Below, piece by piece: positions 42,632 to 53,402 of a stretch of 64,000 nt of DNA. The stretch's first letter is position 1. The number at the start of each line of letters is the position of its first letter. The notes under the pieces are model-generated. The model ran no database searches. It had not been told where the DNA came from and was given only the letters and a program-made list of their open reading frames with translations. The stretch is from an uncultured Desulfatitalea sp. (lineage in GTDB: Bacteria; Desulfobacterota; Desulfobacteria; Desulfobacterales; Desulfosarcinaceae), in contig CAXXMB010000002.1 in the NCBI GenBank assembly GCA_963668675.2, positions 2,144,001 to 2,208,000 on the forward strand, written 5' to 3'. Position numbers and translations under genes: made by a program.

Positions 42632-44279
42632 CGAGCACCTCCATCGTACCGCCCTTGGCGGCAGAACGGGCCGCTGCCTCCAGTATGGCCACCACCTGCA
42701 TCGAATCCCGCAGCGGCGCAGCCAACGGCTCTCCCAGATGAATGTGGTCGGCCAGATTGCGGTGAAATCCGAAGGGCGGCAGTTGCGGGGCGGGCAACTC
42801 CCGCGCATAGGCTCGGCCCTTTTCGTCACGCAGATGGGCGGTCAGTTGCGGTGTCATTTCGGTTATCGGAATGGAATGGGTTTCATAGTAGTGCACCGGG
42901 TCGGGCTGATGGACCGTCACCTGTTGCCACTGTCCCACGATCGCCCCCCGGGTTCCGAGCAGGTACCATTTGGGTTTGCGGGCGGCGGCGATGTCCGAAT
43001 GGACAAATTCCGCCTCTTTTCCATTGACGAACCGGATCTGGATGCGTTCCTGGTCGGCGTTGGTCACATCGTGCCACACCCGTTGATGGCGGGTGCAGTG
43101 CACGGTCTGCACGGCATACGGCATCAGCGCCGCGATCCAATCCAGATAGTGTGCCCCCCAGTCGTAGGTAGTGCCGCCGCAGATCGGCGCATGGGAGTGC
43201 CAATAGCCGCAGGGGTGGTCGAAGCCGCCCACAAAGGTCTCCAGATAGAAGGGATCGCCGATCATGTCATCCCTTATCGCCTGGCGAATGGCCAGAAAAT
43301 CGGCATCGAATCGGCGGTTCTGATGGCAGCCGAGCAGCCGCCCGTTGGTGTCAGCCGCTTCGGCCATGGCGGCAGCCTCCCGGGTCGTCAGGGCCAATGG
43401 CTTTTCGCACACGGTATGTTTGCCCGCCGCGAGCATCTGCAAGCTCAATTGGGCATGGCTGTTGGGCGGTGTGGCCACGATCACCAGGTCGACCGATGCG
43501 TCGGCAGCCAGGGCATCGGCATCGGCATAGACCCGCTTGCCTGGAAAGTCGGTCTCGAACTGGGCCCGGCGCCGGGGGTCGAGATCGCAGGCCGCGTGCA
43601 GTGCAAGGCCGTCGGTCGCGGCGAGGCCGAGGCCATGCAGGCGGCCCACCGAGGGGGCATAACCGAGGATGGCCGCTCGCGTTTCGGCTGTTGGCCCTTC
43701 CACTCCGGCCAGTTGCCGCACCAGCCTGTAGAGCACCTGGCGCACCACCGGATGCCCGGTATCCTGGAGGGTGGTGACCGCGACCCATCCGCCTCCCAGC
43801 GGCCGCCGGGTGAGCATGGTCCGATGCGTATAGCGCCAGTCCGCATACATAACGGCCTCGGTTTGCCCATCGGTCGCTGTGAGGGTCTGATGGCATTCAT
43901 TGGTATAGATGGCATCGGGAAGGCGAGCGCCCAGCGGATCGTCCGGCCGGCAGAAGAGGACGCGCAGCTCGGCCGGGGCACCGAGCGGTTCCGGCTGTGC
44001 CCCGCACTCCCGTGGAAGCGACGTCTGGGACGGTTGCGTCCATACCAGCCACCCATGTCTCCGGCGATGCGCAAAGGAGCTCAACTGCTCGATTTCCGAT
44101 GGTGTGTAGGTCTCTTGGGCGGTAATCACCACCTGGTAGGGAGTCAATTTTTCGGGCAACGTGGGGCGGCACGTCAGGCGGATATGGGGTAATTTTTGGA
44201 GATATGCACGCCACGCCTGGTGGTTATCGTCCGGCGTCGTCGAAATCCATAAAACATGGATGCTCGGATGTGAAATCAT
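42624..44279 (-). CDS. Gfo/Idh/MocA oxidoreductase with extra N-terminal (ThuA/GATase-like) domain
   Basis: ATPPNSH, GKHTVCEKP, HQNRRFD and GGTTYDWGAH; about 200 extra N-terminal residues. Confidence 0.85.
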   Translation of the reverse strand: MISHPSIHVLWISTTPDDNHQAWRAYLQKLPHIRLTCRPTLPEKLTPYQVVITAQETYTPSEIEQLSSFAHRRRHGWLVWTQPSQTSLPRECGAQPEPLGAPAELRVLFCRPDDPLGARLPDAIYTNECHQTLTATDGQTEAVMYADWRYTHRTMLTRRPLGGGWVAVTTLQDTGHPVVRQVLYRLVRQLAGVEGPTAETRAAILGYAPSVGRLHGLGLAATDGLALHAACDLDPRRRAQFETDFPGKRVYADADALAADASVDLVIVATPPNSHAQLSLQMLAAGKHTVCEKPLALTTREAAAMAEAADTNGRLLGCHQNRRFDADFLAIRQAIRDDMIGDPFYLETFVGGFDHPCGYWHSHAPICGGTTYDWGAHYLDWIAALMPYAVQTVHCTRHQRVWHDVTNADQERIQIRFVNGKEAEFVHSDIAAARKPKWYLLGTRGAIVGQWQQVTVHQPDPVHYYETHSIPITEMTPQLTAHLRDEKGRAYARELPAPQLPPFGFHRNLADHIHLGEPLAAPLRDSMQVVAILEAAARSAAKGGTMEVLDE

Positions 44280-44364
44280 TCGATTCCCTCCCCTTCGATG
44301 CGGATCTGTCTAAGAACCTCTACCGGTCGATCGCACGGCATTTGAACGCTCCCGACCAGGCAGT

Positions 44365-45627
44365 TCACTCTTTGAGATGCCACCGAACCCCGTCGGGTGT
44401 ATCTTCCGCCACCACGCCCGCCTGCTGCAGGCTGTCTCGAAGGGCGTCCGCCGCATCCCACTGCTTTTTTCCCCTCAGGTCGACCCTCAGCGCCAGCAGG
44501 CACTCGACCAGGGGCGCCAGGCAGGCACTGCGGTTGACCGGCCGATTGGCCAGGTGGGTTCCGAACTGCACGATCATATTGCGCAGCGCCTCGCGGGCTG
44601 CACCTTCTCCGGAACGCTCCTGTAGCTGGTCATGCACGCGGGCAATGTGACTTTCGAGCTCGAGCAGGGTCTGGGTGGCCGGTTCGATTTCATTGGCGGT
44701 CAAATGGGCCTGAACCTTGTCGGCCAGCGTCTCCACCGGCTGCCAAATCGCGTCACTGCATTCTGTTGTGGGCGCCGTTTCGAATGATGGTGACCGGGCG
44801 ATCGCTTCCGTCGTCACCCCGTGGTCAGCAACCTCCTCCCCGCGCAGCAGGCTTAACGGAACGCTGTCTCCTTTGGAAAAGACGTGCTCCCGGCCCTGAC
44901 GCCGAAGGGTAACACGCCCCATACCCCTGATGTCGGCGTGGTCCCGTGCCAGGTCGATGATCAGGGCCGTGTGCTCGTCCAGGCCCAGCATGCCGGTTCC
45001 GTTTGGCAATTGCGCTTCAAGCTGCTCCAGGCGCGGAGCCCCCATAAAACAGAAACGCGTATCGTGGTTGCCGCCTTCGGCGTTGTTCCAGTGGGGGATG
45101 ACGGCCAAGTTCATGCCGAACGCGTTGAGCAGATCCAGGCCCTTTGCCCAGTAGGGCGCCTCGCCGACCTTGTAGATCTCATAGACCGGCAGGGTGACGC
45201 GTCCCACGGTCAGGGCGGCGGCGCTGGCCGCCACAAAGGTTGCACCGTCCATAATGCGCTCGACGAGCAGCCCGGGAATTCGGGTCTGTTGCCACTGCCG
45301 CAGCGCATACGTCGGGCTGCCCGGGCCGACCAGTATGTAGTCGGCCTCATTCAACCGCCGGCACGCCTGTTCGATGGAGAGCGGCGGATCGGTTTCAGCC
45401 GACTTCATAGAGGCGATGGTCAGGGGGCGCTGCACGCGATTTTTAAAATACGTGATGGCCTTCTCAGAGATGTGGTCCGCGTTGAGCTGGAACCCTGCCG
45501 GCGTGTCCAGAAATGCGGCCCGGCCCCGGTCGCCGTAGCGCTGGATCAGCTCTTTGTGAACTTCGACCATGGTGGTCGTCAACTCGCCCGACCCCATGAG
45601 GGTGATGATGCCTGGTTGCTTTTTCAT
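44365..45627 (-). CDS. Peptidase S51/cyanophycinase-fold protein fused to a CysRS C-terminal (anticodon-binding-like) domain
   Basis: LMGSGE, GPGSP, AASAAA, IPHWNN and GLDEHTA; C-terminus KKQWDAADALRDSLQQAGVVAEDTPDGVRW. Confidence 0.75.
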   Translation of the reverse strand: MKKQPGIITLMGSGELTTTMVEVHKELIQRYGDRGRAAFLDTPAGFQLNADHISEKAITYFKNRVQRPLTIASMKSAETDPPLSIEQACRRLNEADYILVGPGSPTYALRQWQQTRIPGLLVERIMDGATFVAASAAALTVGRVTLPVYEIYKVGEAPYWAKGLDLLNAFGMNLAVIPHWNNAEGGNHDTRFCFMGAPRLEQLEAQLPNGTGMLGLDEHTALIIDLARDHADIRGMGRVTLRRQGREHVFSKGDSVPLSLLRGEEVADHGVTTEAIARSPSFETAPTTECSDAIWQPVETLADKVQAHLTANEIEPATQTLLELESHIARVHDQLQERSGEGAAREALRNMIVQFGTHLANRPVNRSACLAPLVECLLALRVDLRGKKQWDAADALRDSLQQAGVVAEDTPDGVRWHLKE

Positions 45628-45696
45628 TGAGAACCCTTCGTGGGTTTGCTGTGTTCGATTCGGTTCTGTCTCATCCTTGAAGAGGCCAAAATTGGA

Positions 45697-46386
45697 TCAC
45701 AACATAAAGGAGATCCCCTCCGGGAAGGTTTCTTGGCCATCGGGCCGGTACAGGGTCACCGCGCCGCCTCCGTAGACCGACCATTTACGGCGCTCCAAGT
45801 CGCCGATGGCGCCGGTCGATTCGTCGATACCGATCAGTGTGTGCCGGGGCAGTGACCGCCTCAAACAGTCGACCCAGTGCCGTCCGAAGGTGTCGTGGTG
45901 CGGCAACACACACGCCCCGGGAAGCAACCCCAGCCCATCGACCACCCGCCGCTCGACCGGATCGTAGAAGTGGTCGCACAGTACCATGGCCCCGGCGCTG
46001 CTGCCTGCCAGCACGGCCCCACGATCAAGAGCTGTTTCGATTGCCGTCCAGGCGGCGGTGCCGGCCAGTGTTCGTGCCAAGTGCCCGGGAAAGCCGCCCA
46101 GCAGATAGATCAGCTTGCTGTCCCGAAGCTGGGCGGCAGTTGCTGCATTGTTGGCCGAGGGACGGTCGATCAGGCCCGGGACGCTCACATGGGTGGCGCC
46201 CAGGGCGCGAAACCACCGCTCTCCGTCTCTTCCCGCCCTTCCATGGTTGTTGTCCGGTGCCGCTGCCGCAGGGACGATGACCACCGCTGCATCCGCTCCG
46301 CCGGATAGTTCCAGGGCCTTCAGATCGGAGCGGCGCATCTCTCCCTGGAACTCAGCGCCGCCTTGAAGAAGCAGATGACCCCTCAT
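45697..46386 (-). CDS. Peptidase S51 family (dipeptidase E/cyanophycinase-like)
   Basis: LQGGAE, YLLGG, AGSSAGA, LPHH and IGIDESTG motifs. Confidence 0.85.
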   Translation of the reverse strand: MRGHLLLQGGAEFQGEMRRSDLKALELSGGADAAVVIVPAAAAPDNNHGRAGRDGERWFRALGATHVSVPGLIDRPSANNAATAAQLRDSKLIYLLGGFPGHLARTLAGTAAWTAIETALDRGAVLAGSSAGAMVLCDHFYDPVERRVVDGLGLLPGACVLPHHDTFGRHWVDCLRRSLPRHTLIGIDESTGAIGDLERRKWSVYGGGAVTLYRPDGQETFPEGISFML

Positions 46387-48062
46387 TCGTCAGTCACACA
46401 CCCTACCGAGGCCGACTTCACGCTTTTGATGTACTTGAAGAGCGTGCCCCGGTTTGCCTTATATGCGGGCGCGGTCCAGCGCCGGCGGCGCTCGGCCAGC
46501 ACCTCCACCCCCACCTCGATGCTCAGGGTGTTGGCGACGGCATCGATGGTGATGATATCACCGTTTTCCGCCAGCGAGATGGGGCCGCCCTCCTGTGCTT
46601 CGGGGGTGATGTGCCCGACGATGAAGCCATGGGAGCCTCCGGAGAAGCGTCCGTCGGTCAGCAGGGCCACATCCTGTCCCAGGCCGGCTCCCATGATGGC
46701 CGAGGTCGGGGTGAGCATCTCGGGCATGCCCGGGCCACCCTTGGGGCCCTCATAGCGGATGATGACCACATCGCCCTTTCGGATCTTCCCCTCTTCCAGG
46801 GCGGCCAGCATCGCCTCTTCCGAGTCGAACACCCGGGCCGGGCCGCTGAACTGGGTGCCCTCCTTGCCGGTAATTTTGGCCACTGCACCATCCGGCGCCA
46901 AATTGCCCCGCAGGATGCGGATGTGGCCGGTGGGGTGGATCGGGTCGTCCAGGGGCCGGATGATGGTTTGCCCCTCGGCCAGCGGCTTGACCTGCGCCAG
47001 GTTCTCGGCGACGGTTCGCCCGGTGACGGTCAGGCAGTCGCCATGCAGCAGATCGTTGGCCAGCAGGTACTTCATCAGGCCCGGAAGGCCGCCCACCTCG
47101 TGCAGATCCTCTTGAACAAAGGCGCCGCTGGGTTTCATGTCGGCCAGCAGCGGGATCCGTTCGCTCATCCGCTGAAAATCATCCAGCTCCAGCGGCACGC
47201 CCACCGAACGGGCGATGGCGATCATGTGCAGCACGGCATTGGTTGATCCGCCCAGCACACCGATTACCACCAGCGCATTCTCGAACGCCTCGCGGGTCAT
47301 GATCTCCCTGGGTTTGATATCCGCCTCCAGGAGGCGGTAAATGGCCTGTCCAGCCTCCAGGCATTCGGCCCGTTTCTCTTCCGACTCGGCCGGATTGGTT
47401 GCGCTGAAGGGCAGCGACATGCCCATGGCTTCGATGGCCGATGCCATGGTGTTGGCCGTATACATACCGCCGCAGGCGCCGGCCCCCGGGCAGCTGTGGC
47501 GCACGATGGCCTGGCGCCGCGCCTCGTCGATAGTGCCGGCCAGATATTCGCCATAGCTCTGGAAGGCAGACACCACATCGAGCTTCTGGCCGTCCAAATG
47601 CCCGGCCCGAATCGTCCCACCGTAGACCATCAATGCGGGCCGGTTGACCCGCCCCATGGCCATCAGGCAGCCGGGCATGTTTTTGTCGCATCCCGGCAGG
47701 GAGATATTGGCATCGTACCACTGGGCGCGCATCACCGTTTCGATGGAGTCGGCAATCAGATCCCTGGACTGCAGCGAGTAGCTCATCCCCTCGGTCCCCA
47801 TGGAGATGCCGTCGCTCACACCGATCGTGTTGAATCGTAACCCCACCAGGCCGGCCTTCTCAACCCCGGCCTTCACCTGGGCGGACAGATCGTTGAGGTG
47901 CATGTTGCACGGATTGCCTTCGTACCAGACACTGCTGATACCCACCTGGGCCTTGTCCATATCTGATCCAGTCAGGCCCACGGCATGGAGCATGGCCTGG
48001 GATGCGCCCTGGGATTTTGGCTGGGTGATCTGCGAACTGTATCGGTTGAGTGGTTTTGGCAT
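46383..48062 (-). CDS. ilvD: Dihydroxy-acid dehydratase
   Basis: [31 protein letters not shown] and TDGRFSGG motifs. Confidence 0.97.
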   Translation of the reverse strand: MPKPLNRYSSQITQPKSQGASQAMLHAVGLTGSDMDKAQVGISSVWYEGNPCNMHLNDLSAQVKAGVEKAGLVGLRFNTIGVSDGISMGTEGMSYSLQSRDLIADSIETVMRAQWYDANISLPGCDKNMPGCLMAMGRVNRPALMVYGGTIRAGHLDGQKLDVVSAFQSYGEYLAGTIDEARRQAIVRHSCPGAGACGGMYTANTMASAIEAMGMSLPFSATNPAESEEKRAECLEAGQAIYRLLEADIKPREIMTREAFENALVVIGVLGGSTNAVLHMIAIARSVGVPLELDDFQRMSERIPLLADMKPSGAFVQEDLHEVGGLPGLMKYLLANDLLHGDCLTVTGRTVAENLAQVKPLAEGQTIIRPLDDPIHPTGHIRILRGNLAPDGAVAKITGKEGTQFSGPARVFDSEEAMLAALEEGKIRKGDVVIIRYEGPKGGPGMPEMLTPTSAIMGAGLGQDVALLTDGRFSGGSHGFIVGHITPEAQEGGPISLAENGDIITIDAVANTLSIEVGVEVLAERRRRWTAPAYKANRGTLFKYIKSVKSASVGCVTDE

Positions 48063-48260
48063 GTATATCGTTTCCTTTCATGCGTGGACAAGCTGCCGGG
48101 TGTGATTTATGCTGGTGACGCCAAATTGAACGGACCTGCCGTCCTGGCTCATTGCTTTTGCCGGACAGACCGCCCCTAAACACCCTTTATTTTATATCGC
48201 CGGTGCTTATTGTAAAGGCCGTGTTCAGACAATACCATTTTCAAGGGAAAGGATAAGATC

Positions 48261-49091
48261 ATGAAAAGAGGGCTCGTGAGGTGGATGCCGACAGCAGTGA
48301 CGCTGCTCCTTGTCTTTGCGATAGCGGCTTGCGCAAAAGTGCCGATTACCGGTCGCAGCGGCCTGCACCTGGTCTCCAACAGCCAGTTGGCCAGCTACGG
48401 CGACCAGCAGTATCAGCAAACGCTCAAAGATAGCAAGCTCTCAACCGATCAAGCCAAAACGGAAATGGTGCGCGAGGTGGGCATTCGCATCGCCAATGCC
48501 GCGGAGAGCTATTTGAGGAGCGTCGGCCAGAACGAACTAGCCAGTTCATTTCAATGGGAGTTCAATCTGATAGAAGACGACAAGACCGTCAACGCATGGG
48601 TGCTGCCCGGTGGCAAGGCGGCCGTCTACACCGGTATTCTCAAATACACCCAGAACGAAACCGGCCTTGCGGTCGTTTTGGGCCATGAAGTGGCCCACGC
48701 CCTTGCCAACCACGGCAATGAACGCATGAGCCAGGGACTTTTGACCCAACTGGGCGGCGTGGCCTTGGCCGTAGCCGTCTCCCAGCAGCCGGCTCAGACC
48801 CAGGCCCTCTTCATGACCGCTTACGGCGTCGGCACCAGTGTGGGGGTCATGCTGCCTTACAGTCGCCTGCACGAGAGCGAGGCCGACCACATCGGACTGG
48901 TGTTGATGGCCATGGCCGGCTACGATCCGCGGGAAGCCATTCCTTTCTGGCAGCGCATGGGCCAGGACGGCGGCAAACGGCCGCCCGAGTTCCTCTCCAC
49001 CCATCCGGCGCCGGACACCCGTGTCGATGATATCCGCAAACATCTTCCCGAAGCGCTGGCTTACTACGAAAAGGCCCGCAAGAAGAGATAA
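48261..49091 (+). CDS. M48 family metallopeptidase lipoprotein
   Basis: Lipobox IAAC, NAWVLPGG, HEVAH, ESEAD and FLSTHP. Confidence 0.93.
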   Translation: MKRGLVRWMPTAVTLLLVFAIAACAKVPITGRSGLHLVSNSQLASYGDQQYQQTLKDSKLSTDQAKTEMVREVGIRIANAAESYLRSVGQNELASSFQWEFNLIEDDKTVNAWVLPGGKAAVYTGILKYTQNETGLAVVLGHEVAHALANHGNERMSQGLLTQLGGVALAVAVSQQPAQTQALFMTAYGVGTSVGVMLPYSRLHESEADHIGLVLMAMAGYDPREAIPFWQRMGQDGGKRPPEFLSTHPAPDTRVDDIRKHLPEALAYYEKARKKR

Positions 49092-49114
49092 GCCTTTGCT
49101 GTCGATGGGGGGGA

Positions 49115-49786
49115 TTAAGCGGTGCGATCCAGCTGGTTCAACACCCAGACGAGGACCAGGGTGCCGGCCAGCATCCATAGCGGGCCGAACATCCACAGCC
49201 CTGCCGGTACAGCCAAATAGAAACCACGCATGCCCAGTGTGTAATGCAGGGCGCCGTGGTTGAGCACGTCTGCCACCACCTCGGGGGTGGCACTGGGATC
49301 ATGCTCTTCCAGAATGTTGATCATGAAGCCGGCGTGGTTGTAGTAGCGGATGGTCAAGGTGAAATTGAAGAAGGCAAAGAAAAAGAGCACCACCAGCATC
49401 ATGAGCTTGAACATCCAAAGCGTTTCGCTGCGCACCCCTGCCAGATTGAGGCTGTGGGAGATTTCCTGAAACAAGCCTGGCTTGAATGCAACGCTAAGCA
49501 GTCCCAGACTGATCAGGATGGCCGTAGAGGCCAGGAAGTTGGCCGCCATGACGCCGTTGCGCAAGGTCTGGACGGCCAGCAGATCACATTTGCCATCCAT
49601 GACGCTGTGTACCCATTTACCCCGTACGTGATTAGTGATACCGATCGCGGTTTCCAGCGGTTTGCGGCGCACCCTGACGATCAGGTTTAGGTGATACCCG
49701 ATGAGCAATAGAAGGGTTGTCGCAGTGAAAATGATTTCCCAAATGTAGTTGTGCATCAGAGGCAACAGTTCGGTGTTCAAGTCCAT
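49115..49786 (-). CDS. DUF599 family membrane protein
   Basis: LAVQTLRN..A.FLASTA, G.RGFY and LWMFGP motifs. Confidence 0.8.
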   Translation of the reverse strand: MDLNTELLPLMHNYIWEIIFTATTLLLLIGYHLNLIVRVRRKPLETAIGITNHVRGKWVHSVMDGKCDLLAVQTLRNGVMAANFLASTAILISLGLLSVAFKPGLFQEISHSLNLAGVRSETLWMFKLMMLVVLFFFAFFNFTLTIRYYNHAGFMINILEEHDPSATPEVVADVLNHGALHYTLGMRGFYLAVPAGLWMFGPLWMLAGTLVLVWVLNQLDRTA

Positions 49787-49830
49787 CGCTTGATTGCCCT
49801 TTTCCTTTTTCCTTGAGCGTCACGCTAAAT

Positions 49831-50016
49831 TCATTCCTTGCGAGCATCCGTCAATTCGGCCATCAACTCCATCTGGCCCTGTTGAATCTCCACCAAACGC
49901 TCCCACTGCCGGGAGAGCAGGTGGTCGATCTTTTCGTGCAGGTGTCGTATTTCCACTTTCGCTTTCAAAGTGATCCGACGGTCGTTTTTCGAGCGCTTGC
50001 GATCTTTGGCCTCCTG
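49831..50016 (-). pseudogene. C-terminal remnant of a DUF1003 family gene
   Basis: Manual translation QEAKDRKRSKNDRRITLKAKVEIRHLHEKIDHLLSRQWERLVEIQQGQMELMAEL; no matching N-terminal part. Confidence 0.7.
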
Positions 50017-50106
50017 CCATTTATCTTTACAATACAGAGTATTTTCAAGAAAAACATTTCTTGAACGTTTCCCATATGCCGCAAGATGCCATTTGGTGCT
50101 TGGACA

Positions 50107-52665
50107 CTATTTAAGCAGAATTCCCTTGAACCCACCCGAAACCAGCGCACCGACATCCGCCAGAATACGCGGTAGACTGAAGCCTCCCGGGCAGGCCAGG
50201 TATTTAGGGCTCCAGATCGGATCGAATTTCTCTTTGTATTGGCGCAGCCCCTGGAAATTGTAGAAGTGCTCTCCCCGGCGGGCGACCCAGTGGCCCAGTT
50301 TGTGCCACAGCGGTGCCTGATCGCGGCTCTCCATGCCGCTCAAAGGGGCCATGCCCAGATTGAACCAGCGATATCCCTGGGCCTGCCCCCAGCGCATCAT
50401 CTCGATGAAGAGATACTCCATGGCGCCGTTGGGCGCCTCCGGCAGGTAGCGCATCAGGTCAATGGTCAGCTCCTCCTGACCGGCACTGGGCCACACGTTG
50501 GCAAACGCCACGACCTTGCCCTCCAGCCTTACCAGCGCCATGGGCGTCCGACACAGGAAATCGGCATTGAAAAATCCCAGGGAAAAACCCTTTTCACGGG
50601 TGTTTTTTTCTGCCAGCCAGGCATCGGAGATGGTCTGCAGTACCGGCAGTAGGTCGGGTACCGCTTCCGCCGGTACCACGTCGAAGGTGCATCCCAGTTT
50701 GGTTAGTTTTCGCTGGATGTATCGCAGGTTCTTGCGATCGCTGCCCTCCAGTCCAAAGGCGGTCAGCGGGACACGGGCCTCCTCGCCCAGCTTGAGAGCC
50801 GAAAGCCCCATGTCCAGATAGAGGTGCAGGTGGTGATGGTCCACCTCGTAAAAGACGGTCCGGTCAGCATAGCGCGCGGCATTTCGGTGGAATTGCCAGA
50901 TCAGCTCCGGCCATTCCGACTCGGGTCCGATGGGATCGCCCATACTGATCCAGGACTGGCCCGAAACGCCATACATGATAAAGGCGTTTTCGGCTCCGCT
51001 GAGTAAAAAACGTTTGTCTCCCAAGAGGGCCAGATAGGCGGCTGCGTTGGTGGATTGGCCCACGATGGCCCGGACGGTGTCCATCTCCTGGCCGTCGGCC
51101 GGGTGAGGTGCTGGCGGTGCCGGTTTGAGCAGGCGCGCAAGGGCCACCACCAGGGCCAGGGCCAACATGCCGACACTGGCGCGCATGAAACGGGGGGCAT
51201 CCCCGCGGATACTGAAATGCCACCACAGGTCGTGGGAATAGTCCACATGGCGAAAGGCAAACAGACCCAACCAAACGGAGGTGAGAACCACGGTGGTAAT
51301 GGCTGCGATCCACCCCCCGGAGAAGGGTTCGGAAAAGAGAGATGCTTTGCGGAAAAAGAGGTTGCGATTGGGCAGCAGCACCACAAATATCAGGGACAGA
51401 ATGACGGATTCTTCGTAATCCAACCCTTTGATCAAGGAGGCGACCACGCCCAGCGCCAACAGGGCGAGGGTCGCCAGGTAAGCGGCGTCCAGTCTCCGTT
51501 GCAGCCCTCTCGCCAGCAAGAGCAATCCCATGCCGGCCAGGCTGCCGATAAAGTGTGAGATTTCCACCAAAGACAAAGGGAGCATCTTTTTAAGGAAGAG
51601 AAGCCGGCCGGTTGCGCCGGGCAAGGATCCGGAAATAAGCAGAACCGCACCGGCGACAAAGACGGCAAGGCTCAGGATGGGTACGAACACGTTGGTCCAG
51701 ATACGGCCAGCCGATTCGCTGACCCGTTTGACCGCCACTTTGCCGCGCAGCAACTCCTCGACACCCAGTACGGCAATGGCCACCAACAGCGGCAGCAGGT
51801 AGTAGATGCCCCGGTAAACGATCAGCGCACCTAATAGTTGGGGTGCGGCCAGGGTGGACGGCGCCAACGTGAGCACGATGGATTCAAAGATGCCCAGACC
51901 ACCGGGGACCTGACTGATCAACCCGCCCAGCTGGGCCAGGAGAAAGATCGCCAGGAAATGGGACGGGGAGATGGCGGCCGGTTGCGGCAAGAGCGCATAT
52001 AGCACGGCTCCGGCCAGGAACCAGTCGATCGCGGCAATCAACAACTGTCCCGTCACCAGGGGAAAGGAGGGCATTGAAAATCGCCACCGTTTGATTTCGA
52101 TGGATTTGTGGAAGAAGAGCGTGAGCAGGAGATAGCCCAGGGGCAGCAGGAGCAATACGATGCCCAAAACATGGGCCGATGTAAAGGGCAGATGCAGGCT
52201 TTGCGGTAAGGCCAGGGGGTCGGACAGGAAAGCCATGCCGCTGAGCATCAAAAATCCGAGCCACAGACTGATGCTGCAAAAGAGCACCACCTTTGTGATT
52301 TCCAATGTCGATAACCCCCATGCCGAATAGATGCGATATCGGATCGATGCACCGGCCAGCATGGAAAAGCCCACATTGTTGCTGAAAGCGTATCCTAAGA
52401 AGGAGGCCAGGGCGGTTTTCCCAAATGCCAGCGGTCGACGGATGTAGCGCAATGCAAGGAAATCGTAACCGGTCATCACCAGGTAGCTCGATAACGTCAG
52501 CAGCAGGGCCAATCCCACCTGCCCGACCGGTATGCGCCTTAGTCCGTCGAGCAGGTCGTGCCAGTGATAGCCGTGTAGCCGGTGGTAGACACTCCATAGG
52601 GATAATACGAGGACCGCAAGCATCAGCAACGGCAGTAAACGTTTCAGCTTCGATATCATCGCCAC
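50107..52665 (-). CDS. mprF: Bifunctional aminoacyl-phosphatidylglycerol flippase/synthetase
   Basis: Multi-TM N-terminus (PGGLGIFE, YRGIYY); MGDPIG, KLGEEA, EKGFSLG, DLMRY, LGMAPL and YNFQGLRQYKEKF. Confidence 0.95.
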   Translation of the reverse strand: MAMISKLKRLLPLLMLAVLVLSLWSVYHRLHGYHWHDLLDGLRRIPVGQVGLALLLTLSSYLVMTGYDFLALRYIRRPLAFGKTALASFLGYAFSNNVGFSMLAGASIRYRIYSAWGLSTLEITKVVLFCSISLWLGFLMLSGMAFLSDPLALPQSLHLPFTSAHVLGIVLLLLPLGYLLLTLFFHKSIEIKRWRFSMPSFPLVTGQLLIAAIDWFLAGAVLYALLPQPAAISPSHFLAIFLLAQLGGLISQVPGGLGIFESIVLTLAPSTLAAPQLLGALIVYRGIYYLLPLLVAIAVLGVEELLRGKVAVKRVSESAGRIWTNVFVPILSLAVFVAGAVLLISGSLPGATGRLLFLKKMLPLSLVEISHFIGSLAGMGLLLLARGLQRRLDAAYLATLALLALGVVASLIKGLDYEESVILSLIFVVLLPNRNLFFRKASLFSEPFSGGWIAAITTVVLTSVWLGLFAFRHVDYSHDLWWHFSIRGDAPRFMRASVGMLALALVVALARLLKPAPPAPHPADGQEMDTVRAIVGQSTNAAAYLALLGDKRFLLSGAENAFIMYGVSGQSWISMGDPIGPESEWPELIWQFHRNAARYADRTVFYEVDHHHLHLYLDMGLSALKLGEEARVPLTAFGLEGSDRKNLRYIQRKLTKLGCTFDVVPAEAVPDLLPVLQTISDAWLAEKNTREKGFSLGFFNADFLCRTPMALVRLEGKVVAFANVWPSAGQEELTIDLMRYLPEAPNGAMEYLFIEMMRWGQAQGYRWFNLGMAPLSGMESRDQAPLWHKLGHWVARRGEHFYNFQGLRQYKEKFDPIWSPKYLACPGGFSLPRILADVGALVSGGFKGILLK

Positions 52666-52674
52666 ACCCTGCTG

Positions 52675-53319
52675 TTATTTGTCTGTTGATTGCCTTGGTC
52701 GTTGTCCGGGCTCGCCGCTCCGGATCTCCTGTGATGAGGAAACCTTATTGGCCAGGGGCGACATGCGCCGGCGTTGCCGCCATAAATGATAAAGCCACAC
52801 AACCGCACCCAGACTCGCCACCCCGGCCAAGACGAATTTTTCATAGTGTTTGATTTCACCAAGGAAAATCTCTACGGCGCTGCCGAACAGATAGCCGGCC
52901 ACTGCCACAGCGACGGCCCACAACAGCGCACCACAGCAATTGAGTATTATGAATTTAGCGGTTCGAACCCCGCTCATACCCAACACGAAAGGCGTCACCG
53001 ACCGCAGACCATAAAGAAAACGAAATGCGAGAATAGTGATGTTTTCATAGCGCTCCACCAGTCGATTCACCCGATCTATTTTGCTTTGCCAGCCGGGTCT
53101 CTTTCTAAGGATATAGTCTTTGTGCCGGCGCCCCAGGAAGAAAAAGAGTTGATCGCCCATTAAGCTGCCGGCAAAAGCCGAAAGGATGACACCCGTCAGT
53201 TTCAGGTATCCCTGGTGCGCTGCCACGCCTCCCAGCACCAGAATGGTTTCCCCCTCTAAAAAGGTACCGATCAGAAGTGCCAGGTAGCCATAGCTTGCCA
53301 GGAAGGTTCCCAGGGTCAT
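52675..53319 (-). CDS. DedA family membrane protein
   Basis: GTFLEGET, GDQLFF.LGR and RFLYGLR motifs. Start uncertain (ORF track 53406). Confidence 0.9.
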   Translation of the reverse strand: MTLGTFLASYGYLALLIGTFLEGETILVLGGVAAHQGYLKLTGVILSAFAGSLMGDQLFFFLGRRHKDYILRKRPGWQSKIDRVNRLVERYENITILAFRFLYGLRSVTPFVLGMSGVRTAKFIILNCCGALLWAVAVAVAGYLFGSAVEIFLGEIKHYEKFVLAGVASLGAVVWLYHLWRQRRRMSPLANKVSSSQEIRSGEPGQRPRQSTDK

Positions 53320-53402
53320 GGTTGCGTCAAGCCTTTCGCTATCTTTGGTTTGGAATTCAGCACGGGGTCGCCATTCATCAAACTTGCGGTTGTTATGGAC
53401 TA

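Noticed and set aside
42531..44192. 553-aa plus-strand ORF
   Set aside because: Antisense shadow of the Gfo/Idh/MocA gene.
44365..45627. Calling this protein CysRS or MshC
   Set aside because: No HIGH/KMSKS catalytic domain; only the C-terminal tail resembles CysRS.
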